From Camelus dromedarius (lineage: Eukaryota), in the NCBI RefSeq assembly GCF_036321535.1, contig NC_087436.1, positions 16,926,001-16,990,000 on the forward strand: a stretch of DNA of 64,000 nt, written 5' to 3'. How positions within the stretch are numbered: the stretch's first letter is position 1; each line of letters opens with the position of its first letter. The position numbers were made by a program, and so were the translations under genes. Positions 1-13,545 of the stretch are shown piece by piece. The notes beneath the pieces were generated by a model. That model was not told the DNA's origin. It worked only from the letters and a program-made list of their open reading frames with translations, and did not search any database.

Positions 1-2049
1 TATTTCATCTATGGTTAATCAATGCAAGAATTTAATCATTAAACTATAAGACGAATTAGCAGCATTGTCCAAAGGAAAAAGAAAATTCCAGATGAGATTT
101 GGTAAGTAGAAGGGAATTGATATATTAGACAACTGCTTCTAAAGAGAACCTTGAGGTGTAATAATATTGTGCAGATTATCAGAAGTAAGCTTGGTACCAG
201 TTAAATTGTGGGATTTGAGAAAATATATGGGGTAAAGGAGTCTGAGAAGAGGTTTGAAATAAATCCACACAGGCTGTTAAAAATTTTTGAAAATTTTGAT
301 GTGAGGATTTAATAGATGACTTACATCTTCAGCCAAGTATTTTGAATGTGTCACTTCAAATGCATTGTCATGGAGAGACTGGGAGCTTGAAGAAGTCTAA
401 AGGAGTAGGTAGCAGCTATGGAAAGAAGAAAAATTTTAAGAGAGAAAGGCATTGAAACATTAAGGCAGAATGGACTTGAGATTTTAATATGAAAGTATGG
501 AGAAAACTGAGACTGAGGGAAAAAAAAAACAAAACTCAGGACCCCTTAAAAATGACTGCCGTTCACTTTGCAAAAAGATGACCTCAAAACTCCCAATTTC
601 TAATTATGTTAGATAAGAAGAAAAAGACACAGTGGAGGTTGTGAAGGCATGAGGTCACAAGAGAATAACTGGAAAAAAATCAGAGAACATTAAGTAAAAA
701 CAAATCCTCAAGAATGTTTCTTTGAGACTCTTTTACTTAGTGGCCTTCACATTTGATACCCTTCATCCTGGAGAACATGCCAGTCTCAGTTAGTCTGGCC
801 AAGAAGGAAGCAGTTAAAAAAAACTAAGTTGGTAAGTGTAAATATTAGTATCACATAAAGACAATTTGTTCTAAGCCAAGCACTTTGTTTTTGTGCAAAA
901 GTATGGAGTATATAGGTTAAAAATAATTTTTGTAGCCACGAGTAATTTTGTAGCCACGAGTGTGTGTCAAGGAACACAGCATTGAAGGAATTGTTTAAAA
1001 TATTGCTACTGCTTCATGTTTTATTATCACCTACATGCTGCATGTAAGTTTTAGTAAGTACAGTATTATTCGTAAGGATGATTGTTTTTAAAAAGAAAAC
1101 ATGATCAGGGAGTTCTCAAAGTAAAAAAACACTTGAGAGATGAAGCAAACCAATTCTCGAGGTTATTATTGCATTCTAGCAGAACTGTAGAAAAAAGTTA
1201 ATCTTTGATCTTAAAAAATAAATGGCATGAAATACAAATTTACATATACAAGTCAGGCTTCATGTAAGACAGCACTATAAGACAGAATGAAGCTTAACTC
1301 TAAAGGAGAGATATATGATTTGTTTAAAACATTTAAAAACATTGTCTCTGTGTCTTAAAACAGTATTTTGGCAATACAAATACAAATTTCTTCTACCTTT
1401 CGTCTTTACACTGACCCTTTATATATCCTGAGATTGTATAGAAGAGACATCCTTAGTTTCATTTGTCAAATAGGCTAAATACATATTTAAAATTTAAAAA
1501 GCAAAACTGAAATAAGCATTTTCCTTGTGGTATCATGAGCACATCAATAGCTAACTCACTTTCTGATACTGACTTAGAGTCTGAAGGTGAAGACAACACC
1601 AACAATCCAAAATCCGCTAACCTTTACTCGTTATCAAGATTACCTCAAATTCCTCCTATCTGAGACCATTTTTTCAACAGCTATTTTGTGCAAAATAATT
1701 GTCATAGCAGATTATAAACTGAATATGCAATCCATCAGTGCCTCTAGGTATCAGTTTAACCTTTGGATCTCGCCAAATGACGAGAAGGGCAATGGCCCAC
1801 TTATTCTGATGTCTTGTAGCATTATCTTCATGTGTTGTTCTTTCTACTGTTGACTGATATTGAAGGATCATGTAAAAAGTTCATATTAAACACTCTCATG
1901 TAATTGTTTAAGAAATGCTTTTGAAGCTGACTGTGACATTATACCAGGCTTCTTTTCAAGGACTCATGGAAGAAATGTTTCACAGAAAATAAGTTTGCTT
2001 CCCTTACAGATATTGTGAATGTTAGGACTGTGTTTTCTCTGTTACTTTG

Positions 2050-2415
2050 TGTTTTGCTTTGCCAGGCCTGCCACAATAAAATACTGTAGACTGGGTGGCT
2101 TACACGATGGAAATTAATTTTCTTACAGCTCTGGGGCAGAGTTGGTTTTCTTGAGGCTTCTCTCCTTGTTTTATAGATGGCTGCTTCTTGCTGTGTCCTC
2201 ACTTGGCCTTTTCTGTAAACATGGGCCCCTGGCATCTCTTCATCTTCTTATGAGGCCACCAGTCCTCTTGCATTAGGGCCTCACCCTTATGACCCACTTC
2301 TGACCTCATTTAACATTAATTACCTCCTGAAAGGCCTTATCTCCAAATGTAGTCACATTTGGAGATGAAGGCTTTAGCACATGAATTTTATAGGAATACA
2401 GTTCAGTCTATAACA
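2050..2415 (-). mobile_element. MaLR solo LTR (MLT1A/B/C-like)
   Basis: TG...CA ends (tgttttgc...cagtctataaca), perfect 5-bp TSD CTTTG at 2045-2049 and 2416-2420, and typical MLT1 blocks (gactgggtggctta, acctcatttaac, aattacctcc). Confidence 0.85.
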
Positions 2416-2879
2416 CTTTGATACAAAGGAGTTTGAGAGCCAAATCTGTGTAACACATTAAGCAACATCAGAAAACACTTGACATTATTTTTCTGTCCAC
2501 ATTTTCCCTTTAACCTGATATTCTTTTTCTTCCTTTTTTATACATACTCTACTTTTTGTAAGCTACCTTAAATCTTTTTGTAAGACAAAGGACAAAAAAA
2601 TAAGTAAATAAAAAAGTTCTTATCTATAATAGATTTGTATGGATATTTGCTCACTGAAATGATCAGTAGGAATTATATTCCTGGGGGCCAAAAGATGGTG
2701 GAGGAGTGTCCGTTATCATACTTTGAATATACTTACTTATTAAATGTTTAGGCTTATAATATATATTATAATGGAACAGTTCTCCCTTTGATAATGTAAC
2801 AGAACATCAATGGAATTAAAATTTTACAGATGATGAAGTTGTTTTCCTACTATGTCAACTCTTCTTTCTCTTTTTCTAG

Positions 2880-2938
2880 AAAACCTTCATGAAAAAAGAA
2901 CAACAGTCTGTCAAGCCCGAATCAAAGCCACAACCCAG
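2880..2938 (+). CDS. IQCM: IQCM internal coding exon A (59 bp, phase 0 to 2): KTFMKKEQQSVKPESKPQP(S)
   Basis: Polypyrimidine tract ending TTTTTCTAG at 2879 and donor CAG|GTATAT at 2939. The terminal AG joins the leading T of exon B to form AGT (Ser) and keep the frame. The peptide resembles recalled human IQCM (..KKERQPIKPEPKSQP..). Confidence 0.8.
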
Positions 2939-3708
2939 GTATATCTTTTATATAATAGCACAAAAGTTTAAATTAATGTGCTTGCTTTTGGTTTTATCGT
3001 GACTTCTTAAGTATCTGGTTTAAAGAAGTGTAGTTTTTTGAAAGCTCATGTTTTTAACATATCTTTTTCAAAGTTTCCCATTTCATTCTACTAGGGCAAG
3101 GGGAAAAAAATTCTTATTTTTTGAGTGTATTAATGCTCATTCAGTAGGCCAGGCTGTAAGTTTACTTTGCAACAGCTAGTAAAAGCAATGTAAACAGTAC
3201 TGCAAGATGTTTCAGCAATTTTATTTATTAGAAACTGTGAACTACAATTCACTATGGTACAGCATGCGTTTCAGTGACTCTATGAGGGATTCTTAAGATT
3301 GCTTTGCTTCTTTGTGTAGCAAATTTATTGACAAACTTTTGTGAAAAACAACTGATTTTGTGAGATAAATTAGAGAATGAGATGGAAAGAAGGGATTGTA
3401 GAAAGTTAACAGTGACGTTTCTGGAAAGGAGAGATTTCAAACCTGTAATTTCTAATTCACTGGTGATACATTTATTTATGACTTCACCAGATATTGTTTT
3501 AGTACTCACTCAGTGCAATACACCGTGCCAAGTTATATAGATGCAAATAGCAAAAAGCCTTGGAGACTGAATCTGATCAGAAGCAATCAGTTTGGAAATC
3601 TAATCCTCTAGTAAATACAGATTTATTTAAATATATTATAGGGTACCTTTTCTTACCTGACATCCTCTTCATTTCTTCTCTCAATTACTCAAAAATTCTG
3701 GTGATAAA

Positions 3709-4070
3709 AGGACTATAATCCCTCATTCACACTTCCAAAATCTGGAAAGCTCCAGAAACTGTAAGTTAATGTTACCTAAGGTGGCACCAAAACTCTAAGT
3801 GTCAAACCTGACTTAAAATGACAGGTGATTATGATTACTCATAGTCTTTACTTTTTCCACTTCATATGACTATTCATGTTTGCATGCATACTAACATTAA
3901 TTATATTAGCTAATTAATATCAATATGTTTAATGACAGGACACTGCCCAGACTCTGCTTGAGTATTACATACTATATAGTATACATGCTATATTAATTTC
4001 CTAGACTTCAAAAAAGAAAATCTGAATTCCAAAATACATCTGACTATAAGGTTCAAGTACTGTGGAATTT
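3709..4070 (+). mobile_element. TcMar-Tigger non-autonomous DNA transposon (MER46C-like)
   Basis: Collinear with recalled consensus blocks: aatccct..ttccaaaatc..aaagctc, atagtcttta, tgcccagactctgct, tctgaattccaaaatacatctg..tgtgga. Confidence 0.6.
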
Positions 4071-4214
4071 CACTATATGATGAATCTAGACCAATATGAC
4101 TATGAAATAATGCAATGCAATTACTTAAATATCCAATAAATAAATATCCAACTTAAGATTAAGTATTTTCTGAGAGCTAATCTCATAATAAATTTAGTAA
4201 TAGCATAATAGCAT

Positions 4215-4400
4215 TCATTCTGTGCTTATCTTGTACCAGGTACTTTAATTTAACTCCTGCAACAACACAATGATATATTTTTATTATCACCATTTTACTG
4301 ATGGAAGAACTCAGGTTGAATATCTCACTTAGGGTCATTCAGCTAGTTGATGTCAGAGCTGGATTCAAATGTAGGTCGTTTAATTGCAAAGTCATTGCTA
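4215..4400 (-). mobile_element. MIR SINE fragment
   Basis: ccattttactgatggaagaactcagg...agggtcattcagctagt...cagagctggattcaaa corresponds to the reverse-complement MIR core. Confidence 0.65.
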
Positions 4401-4719
4401 TACTTTATAAACTAAATTGTACCAGAAGGATCTCTGGCTAAAATGTCAAATTCTATGAGAGCAAGGAGTGTTGATTCTGTGAATACTTCTATTTAGAGCT
4501 CTTGGCACCATCCCTGGCATGTGGTAGATACTCAGAAAATATAATTGAATAAATCAACAATTTCTAGAGGAAAAGGAAAAACAAATTTGTATTGTCTAGT
4601 TGAGAAAAATTTCCTTTGGTCTTTCATAGTTTATGCATTTAACAACAAACTTTAAGCACCTCCTATTTTAGGTGCCAAGATAGACTCCTTAAATTTATGG
4701 AATTTAAAGCCTAGGCAGA

Positions 4720-7290
4720 GTCGTTAGTTGCTGTTCACCATGGAGTGAGACAGAAACTGGAGTTTAAGTCCTGCCAAATTAATAGGGATTTAGTAAATAC
4801 CTCAGTCTCTCCCTGGAAATCTTAGAAGGCCAACACCTAAGGAGTGGAGATTATATCCCAGGACTAAGAGATTTACCTTAGTACAAAGGACAAAACAAAC
4901 AGATTCACCCTAACAAAGGCGTAAGCTAAGCCTTGACCAGTTTAAGATGATAAACCAGTAACCTTGCTACCACTTAGAAAAAAAAAAAATCAACATTCTT
5001 TCAAGGACAGTAACACAATCCAGTCTCTACAGTGTACAATGCTTAGCTAGTACACAACAAATAAAATATTAAACAGGTTAAGAAACAGGAAAATTTGGGT
5101 TACAGCAAAGAAAAAGACATCCCAAATGTTGGAATTAGCTGACAAGGGCTCTAAAGCAGTTATTATAAATTTTCAAGAACTTAAGGAAAAATGTGTTTAT
5201 AATAACAGAGGATCCCAGTGCATAAATGGAAACTATAAAGAAAATAATCAAATGAAAATTATGGAACTGAGAAATACAGTATCTGTTATGAAAATTTCAT
5301 TGGATAGTTGAACAGCATATTGGAGAAGGCAGTATAGAAGGTCAGTAAATGCATAGATCTGTAGAGACTAATCTGAAGGAGAGAAAACAATGATTGAGAG
5401 AAAAATGAGCAAAGACTGATTGACTTATAAATTAATATCAAGTGGCCTACCATATGTGAATTGGAGTCTCAGCAGAAGAGAAATAGAAAAAGGCAGAAAA
5501 AGTAGTTGAAGAAATAATGGCTGAAAATTTCCAAATTTAATGAAAAACAGCTTTATGTATCTAAAAAGATCATCAATCTAAGCAAGATAAATACAAGAAA
5601 ACCTGCATGTAGAAATATCATAGTCAAAGAGCTGAGAATCAAAGGCAAAGAAAAACTTTCAAAATAGCCACGGGGGAAAAATATACATTGTACAGAGGGT
5701 TACAATTCTAAGAATTATGGATGTCTTCTTATTGGAAGTGATGCATACCAGGAAGCAATGAAATTATATTTTTAAAGTGCTAAAAAAATTATCAACTGAT
5801 AATTCTATATCTAGTGAAACTATCTCATAATATTGGGGTTGAAAAAATAATTTTTCAGCTAAATTAAAGAAATGAGAATATATTGCCAGCTGATCAGCAC
5901 TTCACAAATGTTAAAAGAAGCTCTTCATGCTGAGAGAAATGGCATCTGCTAGATATTTGAATCTATGAGACGAAATAAAGAAGTTTGAAAATAAAAAAAA
6001 ATATGAAAATGAATATTTTTCTAATTATTTTAAAATTAAACATTTAAGGCAAAATCACAGCATTATTATGGTATTTATAAGTTAGGTATATGCAAAAAAT
6101 ATATATGACAATAATAGCAAAAGTAATGGACTTCTACTTTTGCAAGTTTCTTTCATGTCATGAGTAGTGGCATTAATTCTAAGTAGTGTGAGAAGTTAAG
6201 AATGCAAAGTGTAATTCCTAGAGCAGCCACTACTACAAAAAGATAACCCTAAAAGATAATACAAAAAGTAAAATGGAATATCAAAAACTATATGGTTAAC
6301 TCAAAAGAAAAGGGGAACATGTAGAGTGAATAAAAACAAATAGGGAAACTGTAGACTTAAACCCAACTGTACAAATATTTGTGTTACATATTCAGAATAA
6401 ACATACAGATAAAGTAAGAGCTTGTCAGGCTGGATAAGAAAGCAAGAACCAACTCTATACTGTTTATAAGAGATGGATATAAAAAGACATTAATTAGAAA
6501 TAAAAGGTTAGGAAAAGATAAACAATTTAAAAAGGTAGCCTAAGAATGCTAGAGTGGCTATGTTAACATCAAAGTAGACTTGACAGACTATTGCCAGAGA
6601 TCAAAAGGACACTTCATAATTGTAAAAGGGTGAATTAATCAGAACTAGATAATAATCCTAAATATGTATGCCTTAATAATAGAGCTTTAATATAAATAAA
6701 GCAAATTGACAGGATTAAAGAATAAAACGGACAACTCCATAATTATGAGTGGAAACTTTTTACATGCTTTTTTTAGTAATTAATAAGCAAAGTAGTAAAA
6801 AGAATAAATAACAATATAGCAGATTTGAACAAACTATCAACTAATTTGACCTAATTAACATTTATAGAAGACTACATCTAAGAACTGTAGAATATACATT
6901 CCTTTTAAGTGCACATGTAACACTCATTATAGAGATAAGAACAGAAAGCAATGAAATAGAAAACAGAGACAATTAAGCAAATTAACAAAGACAAAAGCTG
7001 GTTCTTTGAAAAGATTAAAAGAATTTGTAAGCTCCTATCAAAACTAAGAAAAAGAAGAGATAAAGTGAAAATTACTAATGTTTAAATTGAAAGAAGTGGA
7101 ATCACTATATATTCTATAGACATTAAAAGGATGAGAATATATGAATAACTTAATGTCTACTGCATTGGTGGACAAATTCTTGAAAAAAGACAGTATACCA
7201 AAACTTACACAGAACAAATAGAAAAGCTGAATAACCTATGTCTATTAAAGAAATTGAACTTGTCATCAAAGACCTTCCCACAAAAATACT
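4720..7290 (+). mobile_element. Old L1M LINE, 5' portion (5'UTR, ORF1 and start of ORF2), decayed, internally deleted, 3' end missing
   Basis: A-rich strand. ORF1-like remnants (ORF 5126..5311 MLELADK...MELRNTVSVMKISLD; gaaataatggctgaaaatttcca) and ORF2 endonuclease-like stretches at about 6400-6920. It jumps to aaagctggttctttgaaaagatt and ends at the microsatellite near 7310. Confidence 0.8.
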
Positions 7291-7310
7291 TGCTTTAAAG
7301 AAAAAAATAC

Positions 7311-7320
7311 GTGTGTGTGT

Positions 7321-7370
<50 letters not shown>

Positions 7371-7384
7371 GTATATACACACAC
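7311..7384. repeat. Compound (GT)n(AT)n(AC)n microsatellite
   Basis: Directly visible. Confidence 0.95.
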
Positions 7385-10300
7385 TATTTGATAGTGTTAG
7401 CTTATCTTTTTGAGTAGGTCCTTTTCCTGTAAACATTCTTTACCGAGTTAATTTGATTAGGAAGTTTTTTTTTTCCTCATAGGTGTTACAAAAATTAAAA
7501 TTTATTCCAGCCCTTTCAATGATAAAAAAAATTGTACAGTCTGAAAGATGAGTGTTTATTATAGTTATTTTCCTGGAGCCAACCAGCTAATCTGAATGCT
7601 AAATATTTTCCTGTACAGTCTACCATCTGTTGCAGGCATAAAGAGCTGTAGCAAAGTTTTGCAGGGATATTTAGCTAACTTCTGCAGGGATTATCTTAAG
7701 CATTTTAGAGGATGATGGCTGAAGGGAAGTTCAGAGAGCACTTGATTTAATTCTTTTAATTTCCAGTTGAGAAAATGAAAGATTTAAAAAGAGTAAGTGA
7801 CTTCTTCAAGGTTTCAACATCACACAAAAAATAACTGTTACTAGAATACAACCCTCAATTACAGTATTCTTACTCAATCATGCTGCTTTTATGCCATTTC
7901 TATCTAAAAATTTACAACCTTTCTGATGATTACTTAAGAGAAGTAGACTGAAACTAATCATTTAGTAAATTCAGGAGTGGCTCTAATGATTAAAACATGT
8001 TACTAGATAGAATTCTGAAGAAAGAGAGAAAGTGAAACAAAGTGAAAGTAAAGTGATACAGTGAACTATATAAAACTATAAATATTTCACATACAGACAC
8101 GTTTCATTGAAAATATTGAAGTGAAACAATATTAAGATTTTCTTGTTTATTTGAAATCTGGTACCATTTCTATCATAAAAATTCCATGAACTTTAGAATC
8201 CAAATGTGGGACCCTTCAAATCTTGTCTTAAAGCATTTTTTTTGTTAGAAATTTCCCATGTATTTTCAACTAGAAGTTCTCTTAGAGTCTGCATGAGACA
8301 AAGTATATTATAACCTTCTATCAGTCATCAGTCAACTTCTGTAAGGTACTGGCTAATTTCTGAAGTATTTTTGCATTTCAAAGGTGAAAATGTGTCACGT
8401 ATATATTACCATTGCCTGGGTACAGTAAATAGAAGAAAGTTTGTTTTTTTTTTTACCCTTCTTAGTTATAGAAAAAAATGAAGTAATTCATTTACACAAA
8501 CCCACAAGCTTTGTGGGAACCCTCTACAGTTGGCAAATAGAACTGGTTTATGCACCCACTCAGCAGTATTTTTTAAGGAGGCAGTCACTTGGCTGTTAGA
8601 AGGTGGGGATGGGAAATTAAGCAAACTAAAAATGCTGTTGCTGCACTTGATTTGGAATTACTGCAAATCTGAGCACCTACTCCTATTCTTGGGAGGGAAT
8701 GGAACCTGTTGCCTTATATGGAGAAAAAGTGGTAGATAAGGGAGAGAGAATTATTGTTGTCCTAATCTTCAATAATTATGAGCCTAAAAGGCAAATTTTC
8801 ACATTTCTATGTTTTTTTGGTCTATCTTCCTGTTGTTTTTTTTTTGTTGTTGTTTTGTTTTGTTTTGTTTTGTTTTCCAACTGTGAAGTTCTCAAAATTT
8901 AGAAGGAGAAAAACAGATGAGATAGTATTGCTTAGGTCTATTTGCTGTGCAAATACGTATACCGAAGTACCTAAGATTTTTTGTTAGCAACATTATTAAC
9001 CAGAGAGCTATAATGCTCAAATCCAGCACATTTAGGATAAATTTACAGGATTGCAGATTCCACACAATTGGTTTTATTTTGGGGTTCTTAAATATAAATA
9101 TGTGTATTTTTATGAGAGAGATGATCTTATTGTCTTGATTTTTCAATTCTGCTATAGATATTCATTTCATGTACAACCTTGCCCAACATTTAGAGAATCT
9201 AATTTTCATAGATGAACATTATAAAACTAAATTATTTGATATCTGAATGAAAGTTTCTACTTCCTCAATATTTCAACTTAAATGATAAATTTTGAAATTG
9301 TTAGAACTCTTGTGTCAGAGGTCTGTTAGAAATCTTTCAGGTGAAAATAAGGTTGACAAAGCCTAAAACCATTTTTTAAGGGAAAGGAAGGTTATGTTAA
9401 GCTTTTCAAAGAGTGCCAAGCAATTTCATTTCCATTAGAATTGCCAAAGGGACATTTTTATGAGTTTTACTGTTTTTTTTTAAAGTAAAGTGCTTTATTT
9501 AAGATTTCTAAACCAGAAAGAATTAAAGCCAATTAGATGTAACTCTTAATTTTTAGTTTTTTTTTTTAAAAAAGTAATACATACAGGAGTTATAGTATGT
9601 ATGTTTATTTTTTACCCTGATAAAGGTAAAAGTGGATGATACTTTGCAGTGAAGTGGGATTTTGTCTTTTCCTAGCATCATCTTTTTAATCTCTTCATTA
9701 ACTTCTTCATGCTTAACACATTTTCTCTTATTTGTCTAGTATCATTAGTATAAAACTATCAAGAGCAGTTTATATTATTAACTAAAAGGAAATAATGCAT
9801 CAGCATGCAGAGTTCTTTCTCAGTATCTAAGCAAAACTTGTGAGCCAGAAGCTATATTGATTGTAGTCTGTTATACTATTAGGATGACATTGTGCTTTTA
9901 TTTTCTGTGAGAAAGATTTTCTTTATGTCTTCCTTGAGGACCACTTCAATTTGTTTGGTGTCTCTAACTGTATTGCAAATAGTATCTCCTTTTCCCTTCA
10001 GGTAATCTATTGTATTCCATGAATAAAACACTTATCCTCCTTTGATGTCTTTCTGCAGAGAGCTGTTCATCCCTTGCAGAGTCACATGACTTTAGTGATA
10101 AATTTACCTTTTGTTGAATTTCTAAAGTACATAATTGTTTTTAAAAATGACTAATTGATTTCCGATAAGAACAATCGATGGGTCTTTAATTCATAGAATT
10201 CATAGAGGAAAAACATCCTATTTTTGATTCATAATATTAAATTTGTACTTGTAAGAAGTTCGGAGGCTGGTCATCAGCCTTTCACCTTTTTAGTATTTAA

Positions 10301-11215
10301 TTTGTTTCAATTCTGGATGTTAAAAACATTATTTAAATATAGCTTCTACGAAGTGTACCATTTTGGAAACCTTAAGTTCCTCTTTTTTTCATTCTTTAGA
10401 ATTCCAAGCATCCAGATAGTTCATGGAAATATATAGATGAGGAATCATTGTATACTTCCTCCTTCCTAGTTTGTAGCATACTAGAGCTAAAAGGGTAGTA
10501 GTAACTGGAAATGACTCACTAACATGTTACTAAAAGGCAAAATTGTACTATCAATTTTAAATTTTCTCTTTTTTGATATAATGGAATATAGTGCATTTCC
10601 TGGTATATCTAAGTATGAAATTCACATTTCAGAGTCTGGAAATTTATCTAGGTACTCTAATGTTTCCTTTATCTCTCTAGAATTACTGCATTTGTCTATC
10701 ATTTTTTTCCTGTCATGGATTAAGTACTCTTATTTTAATCTCAAAACAATTTTATAGTTTGCTACCTAATACCTTTCTTTTAACCTTTTCTAAAATTTGT
10801 TACCTTCTAGTGTAATATTAGCTTGTTTATGGTTAGATACCTTCTGTGAACAATTTTTTCTGAGTCAGTACCCAGCCTAAGCATTTTCTGAAAATAGAGT
10901 TATAGTAGATAATATTTTTCCAGTGATACTTCCTCTTGTGTCTTTTGTCTTTGGGGAATTATAGAATCTCAGAGTTGAAGGAACCTTGGAGATTTTCTAC
11001 TGAAACCCTCTATCCAAAGGATGAATCTCCACATAACCTCTATTTGAAAACTCCAGAGATTAGTAATGTGTCTGTTGAAGTGGAATCCCACTTAGAATGC
11101 TCAGATTTTTAGACAGTTCTCTATCGCCTTGAACTGATCCACATTGGTCCTAATTCTGTCTTCTTGAAGCCACTCTTTACCAATTTTCTTTTTTTTAGAT
11201 GCTCCTCCCACCCCG

Positions 11216-11246
<31 letters not shown>

Positions 11247-11249
11247 TTG

Positions 11250-11577
11250 CAACATTTTTGTTAGAATGCTAATTCAAATCAGCTCAAGCAAAATTGTGCT
11301 TAAATCTGTTTGCTCACGTAAGTGGAGATTCCAAGAGTCTGGAGTATTGGTGGGCGTCTTTCTTGGTATCTATTAACACATCAGGCTCAACTGATTGAAC
11401 AGACTCAAGTAATGTCTTCAGGATGTGTGCTCCTTTCATTCATTTTAAATCTCTGCTTGCCCCTGCTTGGCTTTAAAACCTCTTACTATAGACTTTTTTC
11501 TCCATGTGGTAAGGAAAATGGCTGCCTTCCAGCTATCTGTAATTGACTTACTTCCTGCTGTTACCAAAAGGAGTCTC

Positions 11578-11653
<76 letters not shown>

Positions 11654-11780
11654 TATTCTGGCTGACCTTCCAGCTTGGATAGCATGAGCAGCCCCATCAT
11701 GGAGAAGTCACATGAGTGGAGAGGGAGAAGTGCAATTCCACAAGGAAAAAGGAGGTGAAAACAGAGGAAAAGACCCGGTG
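11250..11780 (-). mobile_element. Old MaLR LTR fragment (MLT1J/K-like), interrupted by a (CA)n repeat
   Basis: aattcaaatcagctcaagcaaaa...gctcacgtaa...tctccatgtggt..aaaatggctgcc...aattccacaaggaaaa resemble old MLT1 blocks. Confidence 0.45.
11580..11651. repeat. Perfect (CA)36 microsatellite
   Basis: 72 bp uninterrupted, counted directly. A shorter imperfect (GT)n lies at about 11215-11246. Confidence 0.97.
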
Positions 11781-12329
11781 CCCACCGTACTCAAAAGTAT
11801 CTTTCTTAAAGTGTGATGCTTTAGAAAGAACACAGTATTTCAGATATAATTATATGAATACAGTTTACAATGAGACCAAACTGTAGACACTCTAGATTAA
11901 CAGGAAGCCTTTGGGGGTCAGTTCCTTAAGGGCAATACTCACGTTGCTTTAAATTGTGGAAAACAAATAAAATGTCAAACACACAAACCTTGAGGCTTTC
12001 TCAGATATTCTAATGCATCCCCATTCTGTTCTTTTTCTGTCCCTCCTTTCTCTTTATTTCTCTCCCTCCTTTTTCTTCCCTTCATCTATTATATATTGCC
12101 AAGCACACAAAGAAAATTAGTTGCTCTCATGGAATTCACAGTGTTGAAGGGTGGTAGACCCAGAGAATTAAGTTATGTAGTAACTGCAATGCTGGAAGAA
12201 AGGTACCTAACCGTCCTCATGGGTCTGAGAGGAACTAATTGTGTAGCATGTGTATTAACCAATTGCAGAGCTACCAGTGAAACTATCACATTTCAGCATT
12301 ACAGTTAGCTCCTTATCATATTTGCCTCA

Positions 12330-12630
12330 AATAATTAGCTCACATGTTACCTTTTCAATAATCCTACACTTGCCCTGACACTATTTAAAATTGTATCTTC
12401 CATACCTGCTAGCATACCCCAACTGCATTACCCCGCTTTATTTTTTTTATCATAGCACACATTGTCTTCTAAGATACTCTATAATTAGCTTGTTTGATTA
12501 TTGTGTTTCTCCCAATAGAATATAAGCTTAATGAGGACAGGGAGTTTTCTATGTTTTATTTACCAGTGACTCCTCAGTCCTAGAAGAGAATCATATACTA
12601 GGTGAATGAATGAATGAATAAATGAATATA
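12330..12630 (+). mobile_element. L2 LINE 3' end
   Basis: tagaatataagcttaatgaggacaggga...cctagaa...ending in the (TGAA)n tail typical of L2. Confidence 0.7.
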
Positions 12631-13405
12631 CATTTAATGCATGAATTAAATTTTTGGATCTTTTCTCTGCCTTCTAATGAACTTCTTTTTCCCTTTCCAG
12701 GCATCTATAGCTTCTATTTCAGACTTTCTACTGCTTCCTAGGTATCTTCACTGGAATATCCCACAACCATGTCTCAAAATTGAAATAATTATGTGTTCTC
12801 TCTCCTGTGTCTTTTCTCCTGTATTCCCTCTCTTACCAGTAATGATACTATCCACTCTATCACCCAAAACTACTCAGTCAGCCTTTATTCTCTACCTTGT
12901 TTACAAAGATTTTATAAGAACCTTGAAATTTGCCTTCCTGAAATTCAGAAACATCATAAATCATTCCCTGGTATAGCAATCTAGTGAAAACAAAACAAAA
13001 ACAATAATAAAACTAAATTAAAATAAAGGAAATGAATTCAGGATGGCATGACATTCTTTTTGTATACATTCTGGCTCTTGGCACCACTGCTACTTTTCTT
13101 TAGTTCCTCACATACCATCCACCTGATAACTGATACAATCTGAAATTAAATTTACTGGCTCATACTTTGCAATTTTTTTATTCTTTCCTTTTAAGAAAAT
13201 GAAGGCATTTGCTATTCTCCAGAATTCTTACATGACATTCATCCTCCAGTTTCTCAAAGACAGCAGATCAACAGATGAATCTGGAAAATTATTTGCCTGA
13301 GCCTAGAAAATTTAACTAAGAGCAGCTTTAATTTTGTTTATGACATTTTTCCTTGGTTTGAGCTTCAGTTCTTTCTTATTAGTACTTGTTCTGTCCTTTT
13401 CAGTC

Positions 13406-13407
<2 letters not shown>

Positions 13408-13437
<30 letters not shown>
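13408..13437. repeat. Poly-T run of about 30 nt
   Basis: Directly visible. Confidence 0.9.
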
Positions 13438-13439
<2 letters not shown>

Positions 13440-13469
13440 CTCTTGAGCAAAATAGAAACAGTTGAGCTT

Positions 13470-13545
13470 GAGGTATTGTATTTCCATTAAAGTCCAGGTG
13501 GTGCTGATGCTGCTGGTCTCCAGACCACACTTTGAGTTTCATGCT
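13470..13545. mobile_element. MER5A-like hAT-Charlie fragment
   Basis: ccaggtggtgctgatgctgctggtctccagaccacactttgag matches the recalled MER5A terminus. Confidence 0.65.

Noticed and set aside
1587..1871. Overlapping ORFs on both strands upstream of exon A as an extra exon or pseudogene
   Set aside because: No recognisable protein similarity, no convincing splice-site pair and no match to recalled IQCM sequence.
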